A stretch of DNA of 64,000 nt from a virus, in the IMG/VR virus record IMGVR_UViG_3300028800_000062, positions 32,001 to 96,000 of that record. One strand, written 5' to 3'. Positions 19,280 through 28,300 of this stretch are shown here, piece after piece. How positions within the stretch are numbered: the first letter of the stretch is position 1; each line of letters begins with the position of its first letter. A program made the position numbers and the translations under genes. The notes below the pieces were generated by a model, which was given only the letters and a program-made list of their open reading frames with translations, made no database searches and was not told where the DNA came from.

Positions 19280-19320
19280 CCGGTCCGGGTGGAGGCAGCA
19301 ATCGTGCCCGCCCGGACTGG
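19280..19320 (+). promoter_or_regulatory. Strong intergenic hairpin between sheath and tube genes
   Basis: ccggtccgggtgg/ccgcccggactgg 13-bp stem with G-U pairs; no U-tract, so stabiliser, processing site or weak terminator. Confidence 0.5.
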
Positions 19321-19387
19321 TCCTGCCTAGCGTAATCTTGGCACAACTTTCATTCGCGAGGCCCTTAGGTCCGTTAAGGAGACTCAA

Positions 19388-20089
19388 ATGTCAACGACTC
19401 CAGGTCTAACGGATGCCATCGCGAACAGCACCAACAACACATTTTCCGGCAGCGACATCCGTGCATACATAGGCCCTGTCCCGTTCGGACAGATGCAGGC
19501 GATTTCTTATTCCATCAGCCGGGAAAAAGCTCCCGTCTATACCATGGGCAGCCCGGATCCTCGCAGCTTCTCGCGCAACAAGCGCGGTATCGCAGGCTCG
19601 CTGGTATGGATCCTGTTTGACCGGCACGCTCTGCTGGCTCTGGCCGCACAGCTTAGCGGTACCTTCCTCGCTAACCGCGATGACGTGAATCCGACATTCC
19701 TGTCGCCGATCGCGCCGAGCGGAGGTTATGTTTCGCCGCAGGTGTTCAATACCACGCTGGTGCGCAACGACGGTACTTTGCCGGCCGCAGTAGGCAGCGC
19801 CGCCGCCGCGCAACCCCTTCAGGATATGTCCCTGGCCGCTAACTTCAAAGTGGTGTCTGCACCCTGGTATTCGGATCAGATCCTGCCGTTTGATGTCACC
19901 ATGTCCGGCGTGAATGAGTATGGCGCCGCGATGGGGATGAAGATCTTCGGTGTCGAAATCCTGAATGAAGGCTACGGGGTGTCCGTGGATGACACGGTGA
20001 GTGAGATGCAGGCTACCTTCGTGGCCCGTTCCATCGAGCCGTGGCAGGCAGTGGCTACCAACCTGAACAGCTCATCCTGTCTGGTCTAA
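19388..20089 (+). CDS. Tail tube protein (major)
   Basis: FSGSDI...QAISYSISREKAPVYTMG...FSRNKRGIAGSL...DQILPFDV...GVEILNEG..SVDD; directly follows the sheath; strong SD. Confidence 0.8.
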   Translation: MSTTPGLTDAIANSTNNTFSGSDIRAYIGPVPFGQMQAISYSISREKAPVYTMGSPDPRSFSRNKRGIAGSLVWILFDRHALLALAAQLSGTFLANRDDVNPTFLSPIAPSGGYVSPQVFNTTLVRNDGTLPAAVGSAAAAQPLQDMSLAANFKVVSAPWYSDQILPFDVTMSGVNEYGAAMGMKIFGVEILNEGYGVSVDDTVSEMQATFVARSIEPWQAVATNLNSSSCLV

Positions 20090-20116
20090 TCCTACCGGCT
20101 GGACTGAAAGGCGCGC

Positions 20117-21001
20117 ATGTCCTACACTAATCCGCCGGATCTGTTGACCGGGGGTTTGGGCGCCAGCGGCAATCCGTTAGACCCCGGCGGATCGCTGCCG
20201 GCTCCGTCTCAAATCCTCACCAACGGCCTGACGCCTCCATCTCCGACCCTCGAGGTCGGTCCCATGGAGAGCACCGGCCGGGACTTGAGTTCCAGCAGCA
20301 GCAGCCAGAGCCAATCTTCCGCACCGGCATCCGCCCCGTATTCCTCCTCTCCCTCGTCCGCCGACGCCGGTGTGCTGGGAGCCGCCCAGGCTCCCGCCTC
20401 CGGCACCAAACTCACCGACACCGCCATTGCCCAGATCGAGTCCGGCCAATATGTGTTCAGCGGCGCGGATATGAGGGCGTACCTGGAGCTGCCCGGCAAT
20501 AAGCTCCGGCAGCTGATCGAACTCACCACCGTTACGGTCTCCGTGCATCGCGAGAAGGCTCCCGTCAGGGCCTGTGGGTATATCGGAGCCAAAGGCTATG
20601 CCCGCGGCCGGCGGACGCTGGCCGGCACCATCATTCTCACGCAGTTCCAGGCCGACTTTATGCTGCGCTTTCTGGGGCAGACCAATGATAAGGATGAGAG
20701 CAAGGACACCCAGATCCTGAAAGTGGACCAGCTGCCGCCCTTCAATCTTTATCTCTATTTTGGCGACGAGTATGGCTGCCAGAGTTACCGGCACATCCTG
20801 GGCGTGGATATCGTCACGGATGGAACGGTGCATAGCGCACAGGATCTCTACAGCGAGCGGACTCTTTCTTATGTGGCCTCCGACTTTACGCCACTGCTCC
20901 CCATCAGCGCCGCCAGCACCGCGACGCCGACGGATCAGCGCCTGGCCGGAGCCGAGAAGACTCCCAAAGAAGCGGTGAATTCCACCATCACGTTCATTTG
21001 A
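20117..21001 (+). CDS. Tail tube-like paralogue (tube initiator/baseplate-proximal)
   Basis: FSGADM...TVSVHREKAPVRACG...RGRRTLAGT...DQLPPF aligns motif-by-motif with the tube protein; low-complexity N-terminus. Confidence 0.7.
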   Translation: MSYTNPPDLLTGGLGASGNPLDPGGSLPAPSQILTNGLTPPSPTLEVGPMESTGRDLSSSSSSQSQSSAPASAPYSSSPSSADAGVLGAAQAPASGTKLTDTAIAQIESGQYVFSGADMRAYLELPGNKLRQLIELTTVTVSVHREKAPVRACGYIGAKGYARGRRTLAGTIILTQFQADFMLRFLGQTNDKDESKDTQILKVDQLPPFNLYLYFGDEYGCQSYRHILGVDIVTDGTVHSAQDLYSERTLSYVASDFTPLLPISAASTATPTDQRLAGAEKTPKEAVNSTITFI

Positions 21002-21007
21002 TTCCTA

Positions 21008-22297
21008 ATGCCCAACGCCTCGGTTAATGTCAACGTCATCTCCGCCAGCACAGGTCAACCGGTGCAATCCGCGATCTATGTCAACGGGAGCTACACCTCC
21101 AATCTTGGTGCAGCGTCGCTGGCGGTGCAGGTCCCACAAGGGCAGACGACCGAAGTCAAGGCAGTCCCGATTAACAGCGACGGCAGCAAGGATAACTCCC
21201 GCGCAGCTACGCGGATACTGTCGGACCAGGATTCTAATGCTACGATCACGGTTCCCGACAGCCTTCCCAGCCCGGCAACCCTGACGCTCGAGGCGCCGGC
21301 CAACAGTAGCGGCGTATCCGTTTCCCTGGCCGGGCCTCCGGATTCAAACGGTAATCCTATCTCCCAGCAAGGTACCACGGACGACAACGGGCAGTTGACC
21401 TTCGCGAATCTACCGGCGGGAGACTATACCTACTCCGCATCCCATCCTGCTTACCAGGACCTGTCCCAGCAACCGATCTCCCTGGCCGCCGGCCAAACTG
21501 CCACCGCGGGCATGCCGATGGTGGCCAAGACCAGCCCGCAGGCGATCGGCGGCAGTTTACCGGTCTCCGATAACGGCGCCAATGCTTCTTCGAACACCGC
21601 ACTGGCCGGCCTGGCCGACGCGCAGTCGCAGGACGCGGCCTTCGACCAGGTCTATTCGAACACTTCCTGGGACACCTACTTTACCTCCGCCCAGTGCCGG
21701 GTCTATATAGGCGACTTGTTCATCGACGAGCTGCAGGCCATCCAGTATTCAGCGCCCAACAACATCATTCCCGTGCATGGATACGCCAGCCGCTTCGCCG
21801 ACGCCTGGGCCGACGGCAAGAGTTTGATTCAGGGCCAGCTGATTCTTAACTACGTCTCTGAGACGTACATGTACACGGTACTGGCCAACTACCGCAGGTT
21901 TCTGGTCTCGCAGTCGGTCCCGAGCGCGGCCGCGGATGCCACCAGTCAGAGTGCCCAGCAGCTCGGCAACGCCTTGAAAGCCCGTAAGTATCTGTTGGCC
22001 TCCAGTGAGGATGCCGATACTACCGCCATCGACAGCACCATTCAGACCCTGGTGCAGGACCCGGCCACGGTGCAGCAGCATAAACAGAATCAGCAGGGTC
22101 GTGGCCCGGGCTCCATTTATATCAACGCCATCTACCAACCCATCGCTTTTGACATCCGGGTGGAGATCGGGTCAGGGTCTTCGCGCACCTATAGGCAACT
22201 AGAAAAGTGCAGGCTGACCGGCAACGACCAGATCATCGACCAGTCCGGCAACGTGATCGCGGACGTCTACAGTTTCCTCGCCCGCCGGCTGCGTTAA
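21008..22297 (+). CDS. Tube-like paralogue with N-terminal beta-sandwich (carboxypeptidase-regulatory-like) domains
   Basis: TTDDNGQLTFANLPAGDYTYSASHPAY; C-terminal YFTSAQCRVYIG...IPVHGYAS...GKSLIQGQLILN...YSFLAR tube-like domain. Confidence 0.6.
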   Translation: MPNASVNVNVISASTGQPVQSAIYVNGSYTSNLGAASLAVQVPQGQTTEVKAVPINSDGSKDNSRAATRILSDQDSNATITVPDSLPSPATLTLEAPANSSGVSVSLAGPPDSNGNPISQQGTTDDNGQLTFANLPAGDYTYSASHPAYQDLSQQPISLAAGQTATAGMPMVAKTSPQAIGGSLPVSDNGANASSNTALAGLADAQSQDAAFDQVYSNTSWDTYFTSAQCRVYIGDLFIDELQAIQYSAPNNIIPVHGYASRFADAWADGKSLIQGQLILNYVSETYMYTVLANYRRFLVSQSVPSAAADATSQSAQQLGNALKARKYLLASSEDADTTAIDSTIQTLVQDPATVQQHKQNQQGRGPGSIYINAIYQPIAFDIRVEIGSGSSRTYRQLEKCRLTGNDQIIDQSGNVIADVYSFLARRLR

Positions 22298-22315
22298 CGA
22301 ATAGGAGTAACGCTT

Positions 22316-22471
22316 ATGGATCCTAGAATTGCAGTAGCTTGCGTAGTAGCGGCCCTGTTTCTGACCGGCGTAGGCTATACCGTGGAAGGCGTCAAGCGCG
22401 CCGCGCACCACGTCTCCAAAGCCGGCCATGCCGTGGTCCACGTTTTGCACCATCCTAAACCCCGTTCTTGA
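22316..22471 (+). CDS. Small membrane protein with His-rich tail (not in ORF track)
   Basis: SD aggag at 22303; MDPRIAVACVVAALFLTGVGYTVEGVKRAAHHVSKAGHAVVHVLHHPKPRS, 51 aa. Confidence 0.65.
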   Translation: MDPRIAVACVVAALFLTGVGYTVEGVKRAAHHVSKAGHAVVHVLHHPKPRS

Positions 22472-22496
22472 CATCTAACACACTGTTAGTTATACT
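22468..22496 (+). promoter_or_regulatory. Sigma70-type promoter with palindromic spacer
   Basis: TTGACA (22468-22473), 17-nt spacer, TATACT (22491-22496); spacer contains ctaaca-cac-tgttag. Confidence 0.75.
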
Positions 22497-22506
22497 GAGG
22501 AGAGAT

Positions 22507-23274
22507 ATGGTATTCCATCTTGGCAAACTACCCAAGAAGCACGATCGGCTGCGGCGCACCCTGTGCCTGGCCAAATATACCCAGCAGTTGGCCCCGCCGC
22601 CGGCCGCGGTGGATTATTCCGCCATTTCCGACCTCGGCGTGATGCTGAACGCCACGCTGGGATGTTGTGTGTGCGCCGGTTACGGGCACAGCGTCCAGCA
22701 GTGGAACCAACTGGCCGGACATGCTTTCATTCCAAGCGATCCCATGGTGGAGGCCAGCTACGAGGCCATCGGCGGATACAATCCCGCGCAGACGGCGTCC
22801 GACGGTTCGAACCCCACCGACCAGGGCTGCAATATGCTGGACGCCTGCAAATACTGGCGCAGCACAGGCATGGGAGGCCACAAGATCGATGCCTTTGTTT
22901 CGCTCGGCGAAAGCACTCCTATCAGCCAGCTTCTGCTCAAGCAGTCGATCGCCCTGTTCGGTAATAGCTACCTGGGCTTCAGTATGCCCCAGAGCTGCCA
23001 GGAACAGGCCATCTGGGATGTGATTCCGGATCCCGGCGACGGGTCGACCGAACCTGGTTCCTGGGGCGGCCACTGCGTTTTAGCGGTAGCCTACGACGAC
23101 ACGCATCTCACGGTAGTCACCTGGGGCCAGCTGCTGAAGGTCACCTGGGCGTTTGTGGATAAATACCTCGAAGAGGCGTACGGGCTGTACAGCGAAGACT
23201 GGATGGTTGCCAGCGGCCTCTCCGTATCAGGATTCGACAAGGATACTTTGTTGGCGGATGTGCAGGCTCTCTGA
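22507..23274 (+). CDS. Papain-like (C1-type) cysteine peptidase
   Basis: Start ATG 22507 (MVFHLGK); LGCCVCA catalytic Cys, WGGHCV catalytic His, VTWG in place of NSWG. Confidence 0.7.
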   Translation: MVFHLGKLPKKHDRLRRTLCLAKYTQQLAPPPAAVDYSAISDLGVMLNATLGCCVCAGYGHSVQQWNQLAGHAFIPSDPMVEASYEAIGGYNPAQTASDGSNPTDQGCNMLDACKYWRSTGMGGHKIDAFVSLGESTPISQLLLKQSIALFGNSYLGFSMPQSCQEQAIWDVIPDPGDGSTEPGSWGGHCVLAVAYDDTHLTVVTWGQLLKVTWAFVDKYLEEAYGLYSEDWMVASGLSVSGFDKDTLLADVQAL

Positions 23275-23311
23275 TCGCCGACCGTTACAACGAAACACAA
23301 AGGAGTAAGTC

Positions 23312-23725
23312 ATGTCCACTGAAGGTCAAGAACCGTTCGATCCCATGAAAATACTGGCCGATATTCCCAACGCGCCTACCAAAGCGCATATCGACTCCTG
23401 GAAGGCACAGGTACCAAACGGCATCATCCGGGTATTCCCCGCCTCGGGAAAACGGGTGTTCTTCTTACGCGGCATCACCGGACTGGAGATGCGCAAGATG
23501 CAGGAGAAGATCCTACCCGGCGCCCCTAATCCGGAACAGGAGTTCCAACTGCTGGCGCTCGAGGCCGCCTGTGTGTGGACCAACCTCACCGCGGACCATA
23601 AGCTCACCGCGGAGTATCTGCGCACCGCGACCGCCGGCCTGCCTTTCACGCTGTGGGCCATTGTGGAGTCGCTGTCGGACTTCATTCCGCCGCAACAGCT
23701 GTATGAGATGACCTTCGATCTGTAA
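23312..23725 (+). CDS. Putative tail assembly chaperone
   Basis: 137 aa, SD aaggag; IDSWKAQ...FFLRGITGLE...AGLPFTL; position between tube genes and the giant tail genes. Confidence 0.55.
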   Translation: MSTEGQEPFDPMKILADIPNAPTKAHIDSWKAQVPNGIIRVFPASGKRVFFLRGITGLEMRKMQEKILPGAPNPEQEFQLLALEAACVWTNLTADHKLTAEYLRTATAGLPFTLWAIVESLSDFIPPQQLYEMTFDL

Positions 23726-23742
23726 GTTCGCCGCGGCGCATC

Positions 23743-24324
23743 ATGCGTACTCCAGTTCAAGTCGGCACCTGGCCTGTATTGGGTCTGGATGGGAATGGCA
23801 AGCCCGTTCCCGGTCCTTCCATGGTCGTGGCCTGGCGCCGGCTGAGCTGGAAAGAGTACGACTACTTCCGCGTCCTGCAGGAAGATCCCAAGATACTCTA
23901 CGCGGAGGTTTACGAGAAGTGCCTGGTACGGGGACCTTCCTTGGAAAAGGCGCCCGCCGGCATCGTATTCCATATTGGCAAGCAGGAGTTAGAGACTTGC
24001 CCTTTCTCAGGCCGGTTTGACAGTATTTCCAAAGAGCTTGAAAAGGCCCGCACGCAGGTTCAGGGAAGCTGGCTGCTGACGGCGCAGGCTCTGATTGCCT
24101 GCACGCTGCACTATTCCCTGGACGAAGTAGCCACTTGGCCGGCCGACCTGTTTTTCCAGCGCGTAGCCCTGGCCGAACAATTAGCTGGGAAGCCTCTTGA
24201 TCCGGCTGACCCCAAGAACCCTCCGCAGGCGCCTAGCCGGCGGAAACGAGGACCTTCGAATCCCGCCACTACTCCCCGGGCTCCCCAGTCTGGGGATAAC
24301 CAACAATTTACCTTCACACGGTAA
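23743..24324 (+). CDS. Putative second tail assembly chaperone
   Basis: WRRLSWKEY...APAGIV... resembles the preceding protein; follows it directly. Confidence 0.5.
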   Translation: MRTPVQVGTWPVLGLDGNGKPVPGPSMVVAWRRLSWKEYDYFRVLQEDPKILYAEVYEKCLVRGPSLEKAPAGIVFHIGKQELETCPFSGRFDSISKELEKARTQVQGSWLLTAQALIACTLHYSLDEVATWPADLFFQRVALAEQLAGKPLDPADPKNPPQAPSRRKRGPSNPATTPRAPQSGDNQQFTFTR

Positions 24325-24339
24325 TAGGAGAAACAACGA

Positions 24340-24894
24340 ATGAAGACATGCAAAGTACTTTTGAGCGGGATGATCGGTCTGTTATTGTTTGTTTGCGCGC
24401 TAAGTGCGCAGGTACGCCCGGGAGCTAGTATGCCCTACGGCTTCATCGGCAACTGGGCGCCGCCCGCCAGCTATGGAGTGTTACTCTCGCCGCGCATCAC
24501 GGTAGTGCAGGCAAATTGGCCGGCCGGCATCCTTACTGGGGTGTCCGCCTATCCGCAGTTTGCGTCCACCGTAGGCCAGCAGATTGGTGCCTCGTTCTTC
24601 CCGTGGGGCACATATATGTGTCCGGCCGGACTCACCAGCGGGGCGAACGGATGCGGTTATTTGGGCAATCCGTATGATCCCACAGGTCAAAGCAGTGGCA
24701 AGTACGGCAAGCCTGTAATTGTGGCCGCGCAAGTAACAGCCGCGGACAACTGGCAGCAAACGATTTCGAATCCTTTGGTGGCCGTCGCGCCTCCGTCGAA
24801 TGCCGTACCTTCTACCGCTGCGTTGTTAAGCCAAGCGGTAGCCGCCCTGCAGCAAGCGATTACGCTGCTGAATAAGGTGGCCGCCCAACAGTAG
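24340..24894 (+). CDS. Signal-peptide protein with C-terminal coiled coil
   Basis: MKTCKVLLSGMIGLLLFVCALSA-Q; Cys pair CPAGLTSGANGC; SD aggag. Confidence 0.6.
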   Translation: MKTCKVLLSGMIGLLLFVCALSAQVRPGASMPYGFIGNWAPPASYGVLLSPRITVVQANWPAGILTGVSAYPQFASTVGQQIGASFFPWGTYMCPAGLTSGANGCGYLGNPYDPTGQSSGKYGKPVIVAAQVTAADNWQQTISNPLVAVAPPSNAVPSTAALLSQAVAALQQAITLLNKVAAQQ

Positions 24895-24900
24895 GTCTGT

Positions 24901-25128
24901 ATGAACGGACTACTCCGTTTTCTGTCGAACAACTGGCCAGTGCTGAGTTTGTTTGCGCTGGCCTTTGTAGTTACCCTGCCGAAAGATCCACCTGCCTCGC
25001 TGCGACAGACGCCGCGGTGGTTCTACAGCTGGATACGAGAGGGCCTTATGACTTTCGTATCCTTCCGCACTCCGTCCAGTGCGGCGAAAGAAACTTCCCC
25101 AAAAGTAACAGGAGAACCTCAAATATGA
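24901..25128 (+). CDS. Small membrane protein (holin-like candidate)
   Basis: 75 aa with one hydrophobic helix and a charged C-terminus. Confidence 0.45.
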   Translation: MNGLLRFLSNNWPVLSLFALAFVVTLPKDPPASLRQTPRWFYSWIREGLMTFVSFRTPSSAAKETSPKVTGEPQI

Positions 25129-25364
25129 CGCCAGCCCCCAGTTTAGCCGATGCTCTTGCGCAGGTCGAAACCATGCAAGCTGCACTGTCCAACGCAGATG
25201 GTGCTTTGGATCAGGCCAACCAGAAACTAGCGGCAGCCCAATCTGCCCAACAAACCGCAGCGTCGGCCGACACGGATGCTATCAATTCCGCCAACAGCGC
25301 TATCGACGTGGCCATTGACGTTTTGACTGCCACCAAGCGACCGGTCCCGACGCCCGCTCAGTAA
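25125..25364 (+). CDS. Small Ala-rich coiled-coil protein
   Basis: SD ggag at 25111, ATG 25125 overlapping the previous stop (ATGA); 79 aa. Confidence 0.55.
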   Translation: MTPAPSLADALAQVETMQAALSNADGALDQANQKLAAAQSAQQTAASADTDAINSANSAIDVAIDVLTATKRPVPTPAQ

Positions 25365-25374
25365 CTGAACCCAG

Positions 25375-28300
25375 GTGCATCAATTCCCCAGTCCCGACAA
25401 GATCCATTTCTTCGATGTCGAGACTGGGGGTTTGCCCGAACATCGTGCGTTCAATTTCTCCCTTCCAGAGTTTCAGAAGTGGTCCGCCCTCAAAGGCGAC
25501 GCGTATTACAAACACCCCTACGCCACCTTCCATGCCAACAGTCCGCTCCTGCAGTTATACGCTACAGGCTTGCCGCACTTTGATCCCGCCAAAGAAGACA
25601 GACTCCAGCATTTAACCCAAGGCACCGCTCCACATTCCAGTCTGATCCGCTTGCCGGATAAACCCTGGACTGTTGAGAACGGCGATAAGGTTCCGCTGCT
25701 GATCAGCGACTGGGCCCGCGACAACGGCCTGGTGAAGGCTTCGCAAAGCGCCCAGCGCAGCGAAGAGGAAACCCTGCGTCTCTTCTTCGAGGATCTGGAA
25801 GCCAAGTTGGCTCTTGGAGAGCCGGTCAACTTAGGTGGCTGGAACGTTGGTTACGATCTAAGTGCGATCGAGCGCGCCACGCGCCGGTACGCTTCGCTAG
25901 AACCCTACCAGGGTTGGCTGGGTCGCCAGATCTCCGCCGGCCAGGTCCGTGTGGTAGAGGGTTTTGATGTATTCGGCGACACCATTCTCAAATATGCTGA
26001 GCACAACGCCGAGTTCGCCAAAAGCAACTTGCGCATGTTCCCTTCCGGAAAGGTCGCCAGCAATCTGGAAGAGTTGCGTAAGGTCCCAGGATGGAAACTG
26101 GGAAACATCATTGATGCAATTGGCGGCTCGGAAGCTTTTCATATCAGTGCGGAAGCTGCCAAGTTCCATGGCGCCTTCTTCGATACTCAGATTACAGCGT
26201 CGGCCTACACCCGCTTGTGGGAGGCGCAGGCATCCGTTCGCGAGATTCAGCCTGGTGAGGATTTCGCCGCGGCGTTCCGCCAGGCCTTTACCGAGGCCGG
26301 CCTACACCCGGCTTCCGTCTCTTCGGAAGACTGGATGTCGCGCATCTTCCAGCGTTCCGGTTGGCAGCGAGAGTTCCAGCGGGCATCTAAGGAGGGAGCG
26401 CGCGATGCCGGCTTAGCTTTTGAAGCGGTCCGGTCTCCCAGTAAGGTTCTGATTGGTGCGGCGGTCTTGGGCGGTATGGCGATCGCCACCAACCTGGCGT
26501 TTGGCAAACGCAAGGACCGCCAGACTCAGATCACAGGCCTTGACGACCTGGGTTTGGCTGCTGAACAACGGCATGCGTTGACCCCCTTCGGTTCCGGCTG
26601 GCAGGGACTGGACGATCCTTCTCCGGTCAATCTGAGCACCCTGGCAATAGCCGGAGGCACCTACGGTGCCTTCCGCTACTACACCCGCAACTATCCGCGG
26701 TCCGCCGTCAAGGTCTTTAGCGCGGCGGAGCGCCGCTTCCCGCGGCAGACTCTGAATTACTTCGGCTTCTCCCAGTTTGCGTCTAGTTTTCTGCCCACAA
26801 AACTGGACGTAGAGGCCGCACAGCTAGTCAATAACGGCAGTCTCACCGCATTAGGAGAACACTTCCAGAGACTGCTCGGCGCCGATCTGAATCTCGCGCA
26901 ATTGGCCACGGAAGGTCTGCATTTCGAACGCACCGGAAAGTCTGCGTACATGCACCTGGCCGGCACTGATCGCAGTGTCCGGTTCCTGGGCTACGATCCG
27001 GCGACTCAGAAAAGCGGTAGCCGTTGGGCAGGTGCTTCGGCCCGCTGGAAAGCTCCGATAAACGAACCGGATCGCTATCTTCCCAACGTAGTAGCAGGCG
27101 ACACCTGGGCAGCCCGTTGGAAGTCTTCCTGGAAACAACACGTCCTCAGCCAGACCCCTATCAATCCCAAGTACGGCGTCGAAGCCGAGGGACTCCGTTT
27201 CCAACCCGTCTTTGCGGAACAAGAAGGCCATCTTCTGGCGAACCTGCACCAGAAGGTAGGCATCACGGCGCTCGAACTGGCCGAACAACCGCAGAAGCTG
27301 TTTGCGCGCATCGGACTGGGTCTCAAGAATAACTCATGGAATTCCGCCGGAGGTCTGGTAGGGAAGTTGCTGCTCAAGCGCGCCCTACCGATCGCCGCCG
27401 GCCTGGGTGCTTTGGATTATGCCGACTACCTGACCGGCCACCGGCTTTCCGCCGGCGTCCTGGGAATCGGACCCAAGGCTAATGTAGCCCGGGCTGAACT
27501 CACCGATCGTGTCCCTGGAGCCCGGCGCACAACAGACTGGTATCAGCGTCATATCCCCGGATCCCAGTGGGGTCCGCTGGCACTCCCGCTGACAGGCATG
27601 GTCACCGGCGAGCTGGTCGAGATGGGCTACGAGGCCCTGACCGGCATCAAGCTGGCGGGCAAGGCCAGTAAGTTCGGACGAAAAGCCGGCCTGCTGGCCA
27701 TGCTGCCTTTCATCCCTGGCATGCTGGGCAGCCGCAAGAGCGCGCGGGAGCTGCGCGACATCTACTCAGGCGAGCAACCGGTTCCGGTCCGCAGCGGCAG
27801 GTGGTGGTGGCTCAACCAGACTCCCTGGGGAGGCGGCCGCATTACAGGCTATCGGCCGCACTGGTATGCCCGGATGAAGAGTCGCCCGGAGCGCGTGGCA
27901 CTGTACGGCTCGGAGAAGGAATACTGGAGGCATCATCCTGTCCTGCACCCTCTGAACTGGCTGAAGAACCCTTATCAGCTAGAGGAAGCCACCTATCAAG
28001 ACCGGCCGTACCCGATTACCTCGCCGGCCTTCTCCAATATTCCGCTCATCGGTCCGGTACTAGCTGCGACTCTGGGGCGCCTGGTCAAACCGCCCAAACG
28101 CATGCATGAGTCGGAATGGAACGGGGACGACTACACTCTATTCAGTCCGCGTGTGGAACCCAGAGGGCCCGCCGGCCTTGCGCCCGCACATCCGCGGGAA
28201 GAGTTCGGTTTGAGCGATGTGGTCAACCGGCAGACCGAACAAGCTGCTGAGTTCACCGGCCTATCCGGCTTCCTGGCCAAGACCGTCCTCAACAAGGCCC

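Noticed and set aside
23700-23745. Lambda G/GT-style -1 frameshift between the two chaperone genes
   Set aside because: The second ORF is in the -1 frame, but the shared open stretch (23707-23724) contains no slippery heptamer.
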